Shown here in pieces: positions 23,243-33,456 of a DNA stretch of 64,000 bases. The position numbers were made by a program, and so were the translations under genes. The notes under the pieces were generated by a model. That model was not told where the DNA came from. It did not search any database and worked only from the letters and a program-made list of their open reading frames with translations. The stretch comes from an uncultured delta proteobacterium (lineage in GTDB: Bacteria > Desulfobacterota > Binatia > Binatales > Binataceae). Location of the stretch: contig CAWDTQ010000002.1 of the NCBI GenBank assembly GCA_963805315.1, positions 137,694-201,693 of the forward strand, written 5' to 3'. Position 1 is the first letter of the stretch; every line of letters begins with the position of its first letter.

Positions 23243-25338
23243 GTGCCGTCGTGTTACGATCCGCGCGTGACAAGCGACCGATGGAATGACGCTGAGGCAA
23301 AGGCGCTTTCAGAGCCCGAGTTGCTTTTGTACCGCTCTCACTTGTTGGGCGCGGACCTTGGTGTGACCAATTTCGGCGGCGGCAACACCTCGGCAAAACT
23401 CGCGGACGTCGATCCGCTGAGCAACGAGCGCGTAACGGTTCTGTGGGTGAAAGGATCCGGCGACGATTTGGGCTCGATGGAATTGTCCGGCTTCGCTAAA
23501 CTTTATCAGGACAAACTCGTCGCGCTGGAGAGCCGTTTTCGCGGGCGCGAGTCACGAAGATGAACTGGTTCCATACTTCGACTATTGCGCTTTCGCTTCC
23601 GCGGGCAGCGCGCGTGCCGCCAGCATCGACACTCCCCTCCACGCGCTGTTACCGTTCGCGCATGTCGATCACGTTCATCCCGATTCCGTCATCGCAATTG
23701 CGGCGGCGCGCCGCAGTGAGGCTCTTACGCGCGAGGTTTTCGGCGGCGAGCTTGGATGGCTGCCATGGCAACGACCGGGCTTCGACTTGGGCTTGCGGCT
23801 GCGCGACGCGGTCCGCGCGAATCCGAAAATTCGCGGAGTGATTCTCGCGGGCCACGGGCTCGTAACCTGGGGCGATACGTCGAAGACCTGCTATCGCAAT
23901 ACAATCGCAACGATCCGCCGCGCCGAAGGATGGCTGGCCGAGCGGATCGGAACGGCGCCTGCGTTCGGCGGAGAGCGGATCGACGTCGCGGGCCACGAAT
24001 GAGCGGAGCGCAATCGCGTCGGAGTTGATGCCGGTTCTGCGCGGGCATCTATCGGGCGCGCAACGCAAAGTCGGTCACTTCGCCGACAACGCGCAGGTGC
24101 TCGAGTTCGTCGGAGCGCGGCGATTCGAGGAGCTGGCCGCGATCGGAACGTCGTGCCCCGACCATTTTCTTCGCACCAAGATTCGACCGCTGGTGCTGCC
24201 GCCGGATCCGTCCGTCGCAAAAGCGAGCGCCGCCGAAGCGATCGCGCGCTACAGGAGCGAATACCAGGCCTACTACGAACGATGCCGCAGACCCGGCACT
24301 CCGCCGATGCGCGATGCGAACCCGGTGGTGATCTTGATGCCGTCGGTCGGGATGTTCACCTTCGCCAGGGACAAGGCGACCGCGCGAATCGCGAGCGAGT
24401 TTTACGGCAACGCGATCGGCGTCATGCGGGGCGCGTCCGGCGTCGACGAATATCTTGGGCTGCCCGAGCAGGAAGCATTCGACATCGAATATTGGGCGCT
24501 CGAGGAGGCCAAGCTGCGCCGGCAACCCGCGCCCAAGCCGCTCGCAGGACGCATCGCGATCGTAACCGGAGGCGCCGGCGGAATCGGCGGCGCGATTGCG
24601 CTGCGATTGTTGGCCGACGACGCATGCGTCGTACTGCTGGACAATGACGGAGACGCGTTGGAGCGCGCAGGCGCCGAGCTTGCGCTGAAGTTTGGCAAGG
24701 ATCGGACTCGCGTGACGCGATGCGACGTTACCGACGAAGCGGACGTGGCGCGCGCGTTCGCCTTCGCGGCGCGGGAATACGGCGGCGTGGACATCGTCGT
24801 GTCGAACGCTGGAATCGCATCTGCGTCGCGCTTCGAGGAAACGACCGTCGAGACGTGGCGTCGCAACATGGACGTGCTCGGAACCGGCTACTTCCTCATC
24901 GGTCGCGAAGCGGCGCGGATGATGAAGGTGCAGGGCACGGGTGGATCGATTGTGTTCGTCGTCAGCAAGAATGCCCTCGCCGCATCGTCGGGTACCGCAG
25001 CGTACAGCGCCGCCAAGGCAGCGGAGCTTCACCTGGCGCGATGCATGGCGCTGGAGCTGGCCGGCGACGGAATTCGCGTGAATGCGGTAAATCCGGACGC
25101 CGTGCTGCAAGGCTCGCGGATCTGGTCGAGCAGTTGGCGGGCAGAACGCGCGCGTGCTTACGGGATCGATCCGTCGGAGCTCGAGAAATTTTACCGGGAA
25201 CGGAGCCTGCTGAAACAAAACGTTACGCCCGAGGATGTCGCCGAGGCGGTGCATTTTTTTGCGTCTGATCGATCGGCAAAGTCCACCGGCAACATCCTCA
25301 ACGTTGACGCCGGCAACGCCGCCGCATTCACGCGCTAG
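23243..25338 (+). CDS. bifunctional rhamnulose-1-phosphate aldolase / short-chain dehydrogenase (RhaD of the Rhizobium type); two apparent +1 frame breaks (~23550-23553, ~23998-24001)
   Basis: Three consecutive frames carry one protein. Frame one is 23243.. (TNFGGGNTSAK...VALESRFRGRE). Frame two reads HEDELVPYFDYC...IDTPLHALLPFAHVDHVHPDSVIAIAAA...ILAGHGLVTWG. Frame three (ERSAIASELMPVLRG...) ends in an SDR domain TGGAGGIGGA...YSAAKAA. Confidence 0.8.
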
Positions 25339-25356
25339 CGCGCTCGCGAGGTTTTT

Positions 25357-26652
25357 ATGACACCACGCACGCCAATCGATCCCGAATTGATCGCAAAGCA
25401 CAACGCGCGCCTGGAGAAGGACCTGGCCGCCGACTACGAGCATCTTGGCGCAGTGCTGGCGCGGCGCGGCGTCGATCTCGAAGCGATCACCGCGCGCATC
25501 CAGCGGTTCGCGGTGGCGATTCCGAGCTGGGGAGTCGGCTCGGGCGGAACGCGGTTCGCGCGCTTTCCGGTGGCCGGCGAGCCGCGCAACGTCTTCGAGA
25601 AGCTCGAGGACTGCGCCGTAATCCAGCAGCTAGGGCGCGCGACGCCGACAGTGTCGCCGCACTTTCCGTGGGATCGCGTCGACGACCTCCGCGAGCTGCT
25701 CGAGTTCGCGCGCTCCTATGGGATCGCCTTCGACGCGATCAATTCGAATACCTTCGAAGACCTGTCCGGCCAGTTGTCCTACAAGTTCGGCAGCCTGACC
25801 CACACCGACAAAGCCGTTCGCCAGCAGGCGATCGCGCACAACCTCGAGTGTATCGAGATCGGCAAGCAGCTCGGCTCGCGTGCGCTGACGGTGTGGATCG
25901 GCGACGGCTCGAATTTCCCGGGTCAGCTCAACATGACCAAGGCGCTCGAGCGGTACCTCGACAGCATGCGCGTGATCGTCGCGGCGATTCCCGATGGATG
26001 GCGCGCGTTCATCGAGCACAAACTCTACGAGCCGGCGCTGTACTCGACCGTGATCGCGGACTGGGGCACGAGTTTCATTTGCGCGACGCAACTCGGCGCG
26101 AACGTGCAGTGCCTGGTGGATTTGGGTCATCATGCGCCGACGACGAATATCGAGCAGATCGTTTCGCGCCTGATTCAGTTTCAGCGCCTCGGCGGTTTCC
26201 ATTTCAACGATTCAAAATACGGCGACGACGACCTGGACACCGGCTCGGTCAATCCGTTCCAGATTTTCCTCGTGTTCAATGAGTTGGTGGACGCTGAGTT
26301 GCGCCGCGCGCCCGGCTTCGCGCCGGCTTACATGCTCGATCAGAGCCATAACGTGACCGACCCGATCGAAAGCCTGCTCGAGAGCGCCGTCGCGCTGCAG
26401 CGCGCTTACGCGCAGGCGTTGATCGTCGATCGCGAGGCGCTGAACGCGGCGCAGGAGTCGAACGACGCGCTGATGGCGAATCGCACGCTGCAAAACGCGG
26501 TGCGGATGGACGTCGAGTCGGCGATTAAAATGGCGCGCAAGCGAAACGGCGGCGCAATCGACCCGGTCGCGGTATTCAGGGACAGCCGGTATCGTCAATG
26601 CAAGGCGTCGGTGCGTCCGCAGGATCTGACCGGCAAGTCGGGAATCGTCTAG
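25357..26652 (+). CDS. rhaI: L-rhamnose isomerase, Pseudomonas stutzeri/Rhizobium RhaI type (xylose-isomerase-like TIM barrel)
   Basis: 431 aa. The N-terminal block LARRGVDLEAITARIQRFAVAIPSWGVGSGGTRFARFPVAGEPRNVFEKLEDCAVIQQL matches what I recall of P. stutzeri L-RhI. Operon context with the aldolase supports the call. Confidence 0.7.
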   Translation: MTPRTPIDPELIAKHNARLEKDLAADYEHLGAVLARRGVDLEAITARIQRFAVAIPSWGVGSGGTRFARFPVAGEPRNVFEKLEDCAVIQQLGRATPTVSPHFPWDRVDDLRELLEFARSYGIAFDAINSNTFEDLSGQLSYKFGSLTHTDKAVRQQAIAHNLECIEIGKQLGSRALTVWIGDGSNFPGQLNMTKALERYLDSMRVIVAAIPDGWRAFIEHKLYEPALYSTVIADWGTSFICATQLGANVQCLVDLGHHAPTTNIEQIVSRLIQFQRLGGFHFNDSKYGDDDLDTGSVNPFQIFLVFNELVDAELRRAPGFAPAYMLDQSHNVTDPIESLLESAVALQRAYAQALIVDREALNAAQESNDALMANRTLQNAVRMDVESAIKMARKRNGGAIDPVAVFRDSRYRQCKASVRPQDLTGKSGIV

Positions 26653-26690
26653 CGCGCGGAGCCTTAGTTGACCTATCGCCGGAGGTGCCA

Positions 26691-27887
26691 ATGTCTCGGT
26701 CTGATTTCTATTTCAACCCGTTCGATCCCGACTTTCGCGCCAATCCCTATCCGCACTTCCCCGCACTGCTCGACGGTCCTCCGCGACAGCTCAACCTGTT
26801 CATGCCGACAACGCTGATCGCGCGCTATGACGACGTCGTCGGTGTGCTGCACGACCACGAACGCTTCACCGTGCGCCGCCCGGAAATTCCATTTCGCGAG
26901 CGCATCGATCCGTTCGGTGGCGCGCCGACTATCCTCACTGCCGATCCTCCGGTGCATTCCCGTCTTCGAAAGCTGGTCAGCAAGGCCTTCACTCCGCGAC
27001 GGGTGCGCGAGCTGGAGCCGCGAGTTCGAGAGATAACGACCGAGCTGCTGAGCGGTGCGGCGGAGTCATCCGAATTCGAAGCGATGGCCGCGCTCGCCAA
27101 TCCGTTGCCAGTGATCGTAATCGCGGAGCTGCTCGGAGTGTCGGCCGGCGATCACGCCCAGTTCAAACAATGGTCCAACGATATGATCAGCTCATTTGGC
27201 CAGGACATGGCCACCGGACCGTCGCCCGCCGGCATCGCCGCCAAGGATGAACTCCGGCGCTATTTGGCCGAGGCGATCAAGCAACGCAGCGCGAGTCCCG
27301 CCGACGATCTGATTAGCGCGCTCATTGCCGCGCGCGACGAATCCGATGCGCTAAGCGAAGATGAGCTGCTCGCATTCGTTGTCTTGCTGCTGCTGGCCGG
27401 CAACGAAACGACCACCAATCTCATCGGTAACGGTCTGCTGGCGTTATCGCGCCATCCCGAACAGCAACAGCGCCTGCGCGACAACCGCGAGCTGATCCCG
27501 AAAGCGATCGAGGAGATGCTGCGCTACGACCCTCCCGTCCAGATGACGCTGCGGATACCGACCGCGACGACCAACGTCGGAGGCACCGAGCTTGCCGCAG
27601 GCAGCCTCGCGTTCGTACTGCTCGCGGCGGCCAATCGCGACCCTGCGCATTTTCCGCATCCGGAAAATTTCGACGTCGGCCGCGAGCCCAACGAGCACGT
27701 GTCCTTCGGCGAGGGAATCCACTTTTGCCTCGGAGCACCGCTGGCGCGGCTGGAAGGCGCGATCGCGATTGAATCGATGCTCGAGAAATTCCCGCGCCTT
27801 CAGCTCGCCAACCCGTCGGCCAAGCTGGAATATCGCGGCTCGATGGCCTTGCGGGGCCTGAGCGAACTGCGGCTCTCAGCGCGGTAG
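26691..27887 (+). CDS. cytochrome P450
   Basis: Heme-thiolate loop FGEGIHFCLGAPLA, I-helix LLLAGNETT, and EMLRYDPP (ExxR). GGAGG RBS lies 6 nt before ATG 26691. The track ORF starts upstream at 26598. Confidence 0.9.
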   Translation: MSRSDFYFNPFDPDFRANPYPHFPALLDGPPRQLNLFMPTTLIARYDDVVGVLHDHERFTVRRPEIPFRERIDPFGGAPTILTADPPVHSRLRKLVSKAFTPRRVRELEPRVREITTELLSGAAESSEFEAMAALANPLPVIVIAELLGVSAGDHAQFKQWSNDMISSFGQDMATGPSPAGIAAKDELRRYLAEAIKQRSASPADDLISALIAARDESDALSEDELLAFVVLLLLAGNETTTNLIGNGLLALSRHPEQQQRLRDNRELIPKAIEEMLRYDPPVQMTLRIPTATTNVGGTELAAGSLAFVLLAAANRDPAHFPHPENFDVGREPNEHVSFGEGIHFCLGAPLARLEGAIAIESMLEKFPRLQLANPSAKLEYRGSMALRGLSELRLSAR

Positions 27888-27896
27888 ATATCGCGC

Positions 27897-28499
27897 CTAG
27901 CGACTCTTCATCAGCGCGTCGAGCAACAGATCGAGCGTCTGACGCGCGCGAGACACTGACAATTTCTGCTCCTTTCTTAGCCGCCGCCAGGTCTCGAAGC
28001 TCAAGAGCAGGTCGAGGGCCTCGAAGAAGCTGGCGTCCGCCCTTCTGTCGGCCGGGACGGCGCGGACCAGCGCGTTCCGTTGCTCGTGGGTCATCTCTTG
28101 CGCCTTGCGGGCGAGGAACGGCGAGTGATGGCGATGCACGTCCGCGGCGATTTTGAAGGGCATGATGCGCTCGAAGATGCGAACGCGGCGATCCACCATC
28201 TCGCCCAGTTGCCCGCGCCAATCGGGACTGCGGAATGGCTGCTCCATCACGGGCAGAATCTGGGCGGTCATCGCCGCGTTAATTTCCTGGTAGAGCGTTT
28301 CCATGTTTTCGAAGTGGCGGAAGACCGTGCGCAGGCCCAGCCCCGCGCGCGCGGCGACAGTTTCCGCGCCTGGCGAGACATCGCCGGCGCCGATCAATTC
28401 GAGCATCGCCGCGACGATTCGCTTGCGGCTGGTTTCGCTGCGCTGGCGGCGGCCGTCGAGTTCATCGGGGGCAGACAGATTCGATCGCATGAGGGTCAT
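27897..28499 (-). CDS. TetR/AcrR family transcriptional regulator
   Basis: 200 aa. N-terminal HTH RKRIVAAMLELIGAGDVSPGAETVAARAGLGLRTVFRHF. Confidence 0.85.
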   Translation of the reverse strand: MTLMRSNLSAPDELDGRRQRSETSRKRIVAAMLELIGAGDVSPGAETVAARAGLGLRTVFRHFENMETLYQEINAAMTAQILPVMEQPFRSPDWRGQLGEMVDRRVRIFERIMPFKIAADVHRHHSPFLARKAQEMTHEQRNALVRAVPADRRADASFFEALDLLLSFETWRRLRKEQKLSVSRARQTLDLLLDALMKSR

Positions 28500-28602
28500 T
28501 CAATTGCGCGGACGGTTGCTCCCGCGATCAATTGACACTATGATTGTCATATTCTCCGCCGCCTGGGAAGGCCGCGGGCCAGGCGGAATCGTCGAGGGTT
28601 CA

Positions 28603-30264
28603 ATGAAGATCGGCAGAACCGGCAAAATCGCAATCGGCTCAGCGGTCGCGATGCTCGCGATTGGCGGCTACCTGTTCTCGCAATACTGGTATTACCTGCC
28701 CGGTCTTGTCGCGAGCGTCCGCGATCCGATCCAGCCGAATCGCCCCGTGGTGTGGCAGGCTGGACCTGCGACCCCGATGGCGGTTTCCAGCGAGCGTCCG
28801 CCCAACATCATACTCATCCTCGCCGACGACCTCGGCTACAACGACATCACTCTTAACGGCGGCGGGGTCGACGGCGGCGCTGTCCCCACGCCGAGTATCA
28901 ATTCGATCGCGCACGAGGGCGTGATTTTCACCAACGGCTACGCCGGCAATGCGACCTGCGCGCCGTCGCGCGCCGCAATCATGACCGGCCGTTACGCGAC
29001 CCGCTTCGGCTTCGAGTTCACACCCGCCCCGGTCGCGTTCATGAAGCTGGTCTCGACGTACTACAACGGCCCGCACCCGGCCATCTTTCATTCCGAGCGC
29101 GTGAGTCAGACGCCGCCGGTCGCGCAGCAGTCGGTGCCGACCAGCGAAATCACGATGGCGCAGCTATTGAAGACGCGCGGCTATCACACGATCTTTCTTG
29201 GCAAGTGGCATCTGGGCGAAACGCCTCAGACGGCGCCGAATGCGCGCGGCTTCGACGAAGCGCTCGGCTTTTTGGCGGGGGCGTCGATGTACCTGCGCAA
29301 GAACGACCCGCAGGCCGAGAACTCCTACCAGGACTTCGATCCGATCGACAAATTTCTCTGGGCGAATCTGCCATTCGCGGTCACCAATAATGGCAGCCGG
29401 CGATTTTACCCGTCCGAATACATGACGGACTATCTCGGCGACGAGGCGGTGAAGGCGATCGATGCGAACCGCAACCGTCCGTTTTTTATGTATCTGGCAT
29501 TCAACGCGCCGCACACGCCGTTGCAGGCGCTAAAATCCGACTACGACGCGCTGCCGCAAATCAAGGATCACCGGCTGCGAGTATACGGCGCGATGGTCCG
29601 CGCGCTCGATCGCAATATCGGTCACGTGCTCGACGCGCTCCGAGCCAACGGCCTCGAACAAAACACGCTGGTGTTCTTTACCAGCGACAACGGCGGCGCA
29701 AACTACATAGGGCTGCCGGATATCAATCGGCCGTATCGCGGCTGGAAGGCGACCTTCTTCGAGGGCGGAATTCACGTGCCTTTCTTCATCAAGTGGCCGG
29801 CGAAAATCCGTCCCGGCACCACTTACGCGCTCCCGGTCGCCCACGTCGACATTTTTTCAACCGCGGCGGGAGCGGCTGGTGCGCAAGTACCTTCGGATCG
29901 TGTGATGGACAGCGTCAACGTGCTGCCCTTCATCCTGGGGGATGCCAATAGTTCGCCTCACCGCACACTCTTCTGGCGCTCGGGCCCGTACAAGACGATT
30001 CTCGACGGCGAGTGGAAGCTGCAAATAGACGACAAGCCGAACAACACCTGGCTCTTCAATCTGAAGGACGACCCAACCGAGCACCACGATTTGGCCGAAA
30101 GCAATCCGCAGAAGGTGAAGGAGCTGATGGAAGTGCTCGATCAGATCGACAGTCAGCAGGCCAAGCCGCTGTGGCCGTCGCTGCTCGAAGGCCCGATCGC
30201 CATCGACCATCCGCTGTCGTACCCGGAAAACGCCGGCGACGATTACGTGTTCTGGTCTAACTGA
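28603..30264 (+). CDS. formylglycine-dependent sulfatase (arylsulfatase family), N-terminal membrane anchor/signal
   Basis: PNIILILADDLGYND, then the CxPxR box CAPSRAAIMTGRY, then GKWHLG. ATG 28603 follows a GAGGG RBS. The track ORF begins upstream at 28303, overlapping the TetR gene. Confidence 0.88.
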   Translation: MKIGRTGKIAIGSAVAMLAIGGYLFSQYWYYLPGLVASVRDPIQPNRPVVWQAGPATPMAVSSERPPNIILILADDLGYNDITLNGGGVDGGAVPTPSINSIAHEGVIFTNGYAGNATCAPSRAAIMTGRYATRFGFEFTPAPVAFMKLVSTYYNGPHPAIFHSERVSQTPPVAQQSVPTSEITMAQLLKTRGYHTIFLGKWHLGETPQTAPNARGFDEALGFLAGASMYLRKNDPQAENSYQDFDPIDKFLWANLPFAVTNNGSRRFYPSEYMTDYLGDEAVKAIDANRNRPFFMYLAFNAPHTPLQALKSDYDALPQIKDHRLRVYGAMVRALDRNIGHVLDALRANGLEQNTLVFFTSDNGGANYIGLPDINRPYRGWKATFFEGGIHVPFFIKWPAKIRPGTTYALPVAHVDIFSTAAGAAGAQVPSDRVMDSVNVLPFILGDANSSPHRTLFWRSGPYKTILDGEWKLQIDDKPNNTWLFNLKDDPTEHHDLAESNPQKVKELMEVLDQIDSQQAKPLWPSLLEGPIAIDHPLSYPENAGDDYVFWSN

Positions 30265-30338
30265 AGATTGCGCGCACACAGCGGCTTTCGCCTTGACGGT
30301 CGGGCTAGAAAATGACATTAGTTGTGTCAATACATTAT

Positions 30339-31244
30339 ATGAAAGTTTTCAGAACCCCCGACGATCGATTTGCCAACCTTCCCGACTTCCCCTTCAAGCC
30401 GCACTACCGCGAAGTGAAGGATGCCGACGGCACCGCGCTCCGGATTCATTACGTTGACGAAGGCCCGCCGAGCGCGGCGCCCGTGCTGCTGATGCATGGC
30501 GAGCCGTCGTGGAGCTTCCTCTATCGCAAGGTGGTTGCGGCGCTCGCGGCGAAGGGGCATCGCGCAGTCGCTCCTGACCTGGTCGGCTTCGGCCGCTCCG
30601 ACAAGCCCACCGAGAGATCCGACTATACTTATGAACGCCACGTCCGCTGGATGAGCGATTGGCTGACCTCACTCGACCTCAGAAACATTACGCTCTTCTG
30701 CCAGGACTGGGGCGGGCTTATCGGCCTTCGGCTGGTGGCCGCGTTCCCGGACAGGTTTGCGCGCGTGGTCGTGGCGAATACGGGACTGCCGGTCGGTGTG
30801 GGCTTTTCGCCGGCGTTCGGGCAGTGGCTCAACTTCAGCCAGACGGTGCCGACGCTGCCGGTCGGAGAAATCGTGAGCATGGGGACTGTGCGCAAGCTGT
30901 CGCCGGCCGTGATCGACGCCTACAACGCACCTTATCCTGAGGAATCGTACAAAGCGGGCGCGCGGCAATTTCCCAAGCTGGTGCCGATTACGCCCGAGCA
31001 CGGTTCGGTCGCCGAGAACAAGCGAGCGTGGGCAGCGCTCGAAAAGTTCGAGAAGCCGTTTCTCACGGCTTTTTCGGATTCCGATCCGGTCACCAAGGGC
31101 GGCGACCTGATGTTTCAGGAGCGGGTGCCGGGTGCGAAAGGACGTCGCCACGTTACGATCAGCGGCGCGGGTCACTTCCTGCAGGAGGATCGGCCCGAAG
31201 AAGTGACGCGAGTGCTCGAGGAATTTGTCCGCGGAACTCTCTAA
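30339..31244 (+). CDS. haloalkane dehalogenase (HLD-I, DhlA/DhmA-like alpha/beta hydrolase)
   Basis: [20 protein letters not shown]...[14 protein letters not shown]...FGRSDKP...[14 protein letters not shown] parallels Xanthobacter DhlA block by block, including the nucleophile Asp in QDWGG. C-terminal GAGHFLQE. Confidence 0.8.
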   Translation: MKVFRTPDDRFANLPDFPFKPHYREVKDADGTALRIHYVDEGPPSAAPVLLMHGEPSWSFLYRKVVAALAAKGHRAVAPDLVGFGRSDKPTERSDYTYERHVRWMSDWLTSLDLRNITLFCQDWGGLIGLRLVAAFPDRFARVVVANTGLPVGVGFSPAFGQWLNFSQTVPTLPVGEIVSMGTVRKLSPAVIDAYNAPYPEESYKAGARQFPKLVPITPEHGSVAENKRAWAALEKFEKPFLTAFSDSDPVTKGGDLMFQERVPGAKGRRHVTISGAGHFLQEDRPEEVTRVLEEFVRGTL

Positions 31245-31259
31245 AGAAGGAAGACGAAC

Positions 31260-31667
31260 TTGAAAGTCGAAAATGCAGTGTACCCGACCAGTGCACAAAT
31301 CGCGGCGCTCCAGAGCGATCTATCGCCGAAACCCGTCGTGATGCTGAATCTGCTCAAATTCCGCGCGCGCGCGCAGTATGCCGATGGGCGCAAGACCGAT
31401 CTTACGGGAGCGCAGGCTTACGGGATCTATGCCGAGGCGATGCAGAAGGTCGTCGAGCGCGGTGAGGGAAAATTTCTCTTTGCCGGCGACGTGAAATACC
31501 TTCCGGTCGGCGAAGTCGAAACACTGTGGGACATCGCGGCGCTGGTCGAGTATCCCTCAGCGGCGGCATTCGTGAAGATCGCGACGTCGCCCGAAGTCGC
31601 TGAGATTGGAGTGCATCGCGCGGCCGGCCTCGAGGGCCAGCTTCTGATCTGCGTCTCGCAGCGCTGA
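31260..31667 (+). CDS. DUF1330 domain protein
   Basis: 135 aa (TTG start after an AAGGAAG RBS). VVMLNLLKFR...AAFVKIATSPEVAEIGVHRAAGLE is typical of the family. Confidence 0.7.
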   Translation: MKVENAVYPTSAQIAALQSDLSPKPVVMLNLLKFRARAQYADGRKTDLTGAQAYGIYAEAMQKVVERGEGKFLFAGDVKYLPVGEVETLWDIAALVEYPSAAAFVKIATSPEVAEIGVHRAAGLEGQLLICVSQR

Positions 31668-31701
31668 CCCGCCCGCGTAATCTGGGTCGGACGCAGCCGC
31701 C

Positions 31702-32523
31702 ATGAACGACATCTGCGTTAAGTTTCTTTCATGGAACCTGCACGGACTGGCGTGGCCGCTATCGAAAGATCCAGGCGGCCGCATGGATCGGGTTAGCGCA
31801 AAAGTGCGGGAACTGTCGCCGGACGTCGTGCTATTGCAGGAAGTCTGGCTAGGCTCGCATATCGAGCGTCTCAGCCGGGCACTGAATCCCGATTGGATCC
31901 CGATCTGCGTCAGGGGCCGGGGCGGTGGCCCCAGGGGCGGACTGCTCGCATTCGTCAACGCTGCCGTGGGATGGCGCGCGCGCTCCGCGCCGGAGTTCCA
32001 CGCTTTCACGGCGAGCGCTCCAGTATGGAGAGTGTGGGAGGGCGACGGACTTGGCGGCAAGGGCGTCCTGACTGTGGAGCTTAAGCTCGGCGAGCTGCGA
32101 ATGTGCGCCGTGAACACTCATCTGCAGTCACAATATTCGGGGATCGCCTATGCCGAGATTCGCGAGGCGCAGTTGGTCGAGCTCCGCGATGTCGTCTCGG
32201 ACCTCGGGCCGTCGCGGCCCGCGATAGTTGCCGGAGATTTCAACACCGACTCGCGCGAGTCCCTGTATTCAATTGTCGCGGCACTCGGGACCGATCTGAC
32301 TACTAAGGCGCGCGAGCTATGCAATAGCGGAACGACTGCCAACCCGCGTGAGGGTCGCCCAGAATGGATTGACTACATCGTTGCAGCCAACTCACAGACC
32401 TACACTGTTTCAGCGAACCTCGAGTTGATCGCGAACGAGAGCGCCGACGTCCCCTATTCAGATCACAGCGGTCTCTTCTGCACTATAAGCTTCAGATCGA
32501 AACCGGAAGCGGGCGGCCGATGA
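31702..32523 (+). CDS. endonuclease/exonuclease/phosphatase (EEP) family protein
   Basis: Ordered EEP motifs: SWNLHG, VVLLQEVW, AVNTHLQS, VAGDFNT, SDHSG. Confidence 0.8.
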   Translation: MNDICVKFLSWNLHGLAWPLSKDPGGRMDRVSAKVRELSPDVVLLQEVWLGSHIERLSRALNPDWIPICVRGRGGGPRGGLLAFVNAAVGWRARSAPEFHAFTASAPVWRVWEGDGLGGKGVLTVELKLGELRMCAVNTHLQSQYSGIAYAEIREAQLVELRDVVSDLGPSRPAIVAGDFNTDSRESLYSIVAALGTDLTTKARELCNSGTTANPREGRPEWIDYIVAANSQTYTVSANLELIANESADVPYSDHSGLFCTISFRSKPEAGGR

Positions 32524-33347
32524 GCTGCTCTGTCGTCGGGCACGAGGCCTTCATGTGGCGCTCGAACTCCGTGCGTTCCATCCGCGGCGCCAAGAAGCGG
32601 TCTCGCCCCCAGTTCGTCAGCATGAAGTAGCGCTCGATCGCGTCCTCGCCGCGCGGCACCACGCCTTGATGGAACAGGTAGCGCCAGGTGAGCACGTGGC
32701 GGGCCTCTTCGGGCTTGACGTTGTGATTCACCTGGTCGATGAGCTGGCCGGACAGCGGATGGCTCCATCGCGCGCACGCATCCAGCACCAGCGGAAAGGC
32801 GCGTTCAAGCGCGAGCGTTTCGACCCCGCCGAGGACCGCCATCATGTCGAGCACCTTCTGCGTGTTGATCGCGGGATCGGCCACCGGCTGGAGAAAGTCG
32901 CCGCCGTTGTTCAGCTGATCCTCGTCGAGCAAGGCCGGGGCTACGCCACCCATCTCGTAGTAAGCGGCGCCGAAGACCTTGTCGCCATGGCCGGCCTCTT
33001 CCGCAGACTGCTGGTTGAGCGCGACAAAAGCGGCGTCACGCGCGCGAGGCGGGAGGTCGGAGGCGATCGCGACGCGGGCCGCCTTGTAGGTCGGGTCCTG
33101 GCCGGCCTTCTCGGTCACCGAGTACGCGCGCAGCATCAGGTAGAACTGCGCCACGCTCATCGGGTTGCCTTCGTAGTCGGTTCCCGATGATCGGGCGCGG
33201 ATCGATTCCGCGATCGCCGAGGCGTCCGTTGGCCGCCGGCAGCTCCGCGAGCATCTTCTGGCGGATAAGCTCGTTCATCCGCTCGCGTTCGGCGCGGATA
33301 TTTTCGCTGGCGAATGAAGATTCCATGGTGCCGTTTCGTTCTGCCAT
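32492..33347 (-). CDS. ferritin-like diiron-carboxylate protein, function unknown; apparent +1 frame break near 33222-33235
   Basis: ORF 33036..33347 is protein-like only to ...MLAELPAA. The next frame reads DASAIAESIRARSSGTDYEGNPMSVAQFY... and joins ORF 32492..33160. Two E-x(32-37)-E-x-x-H motifs are present (TEK...EEAGH and LALER...EEARH). Confidence 0.6.
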
Positions 33348-33456
33348 TGTTCCCTTACCTCGGATAACGGCTTGCGCCGACCTAACAGACGTTAGCCTGA
33401 ACTCTGAACTTAGCGAAAACAGCGCTCGCGAAGCAAGCGAGCAGAACGACGAGAAC

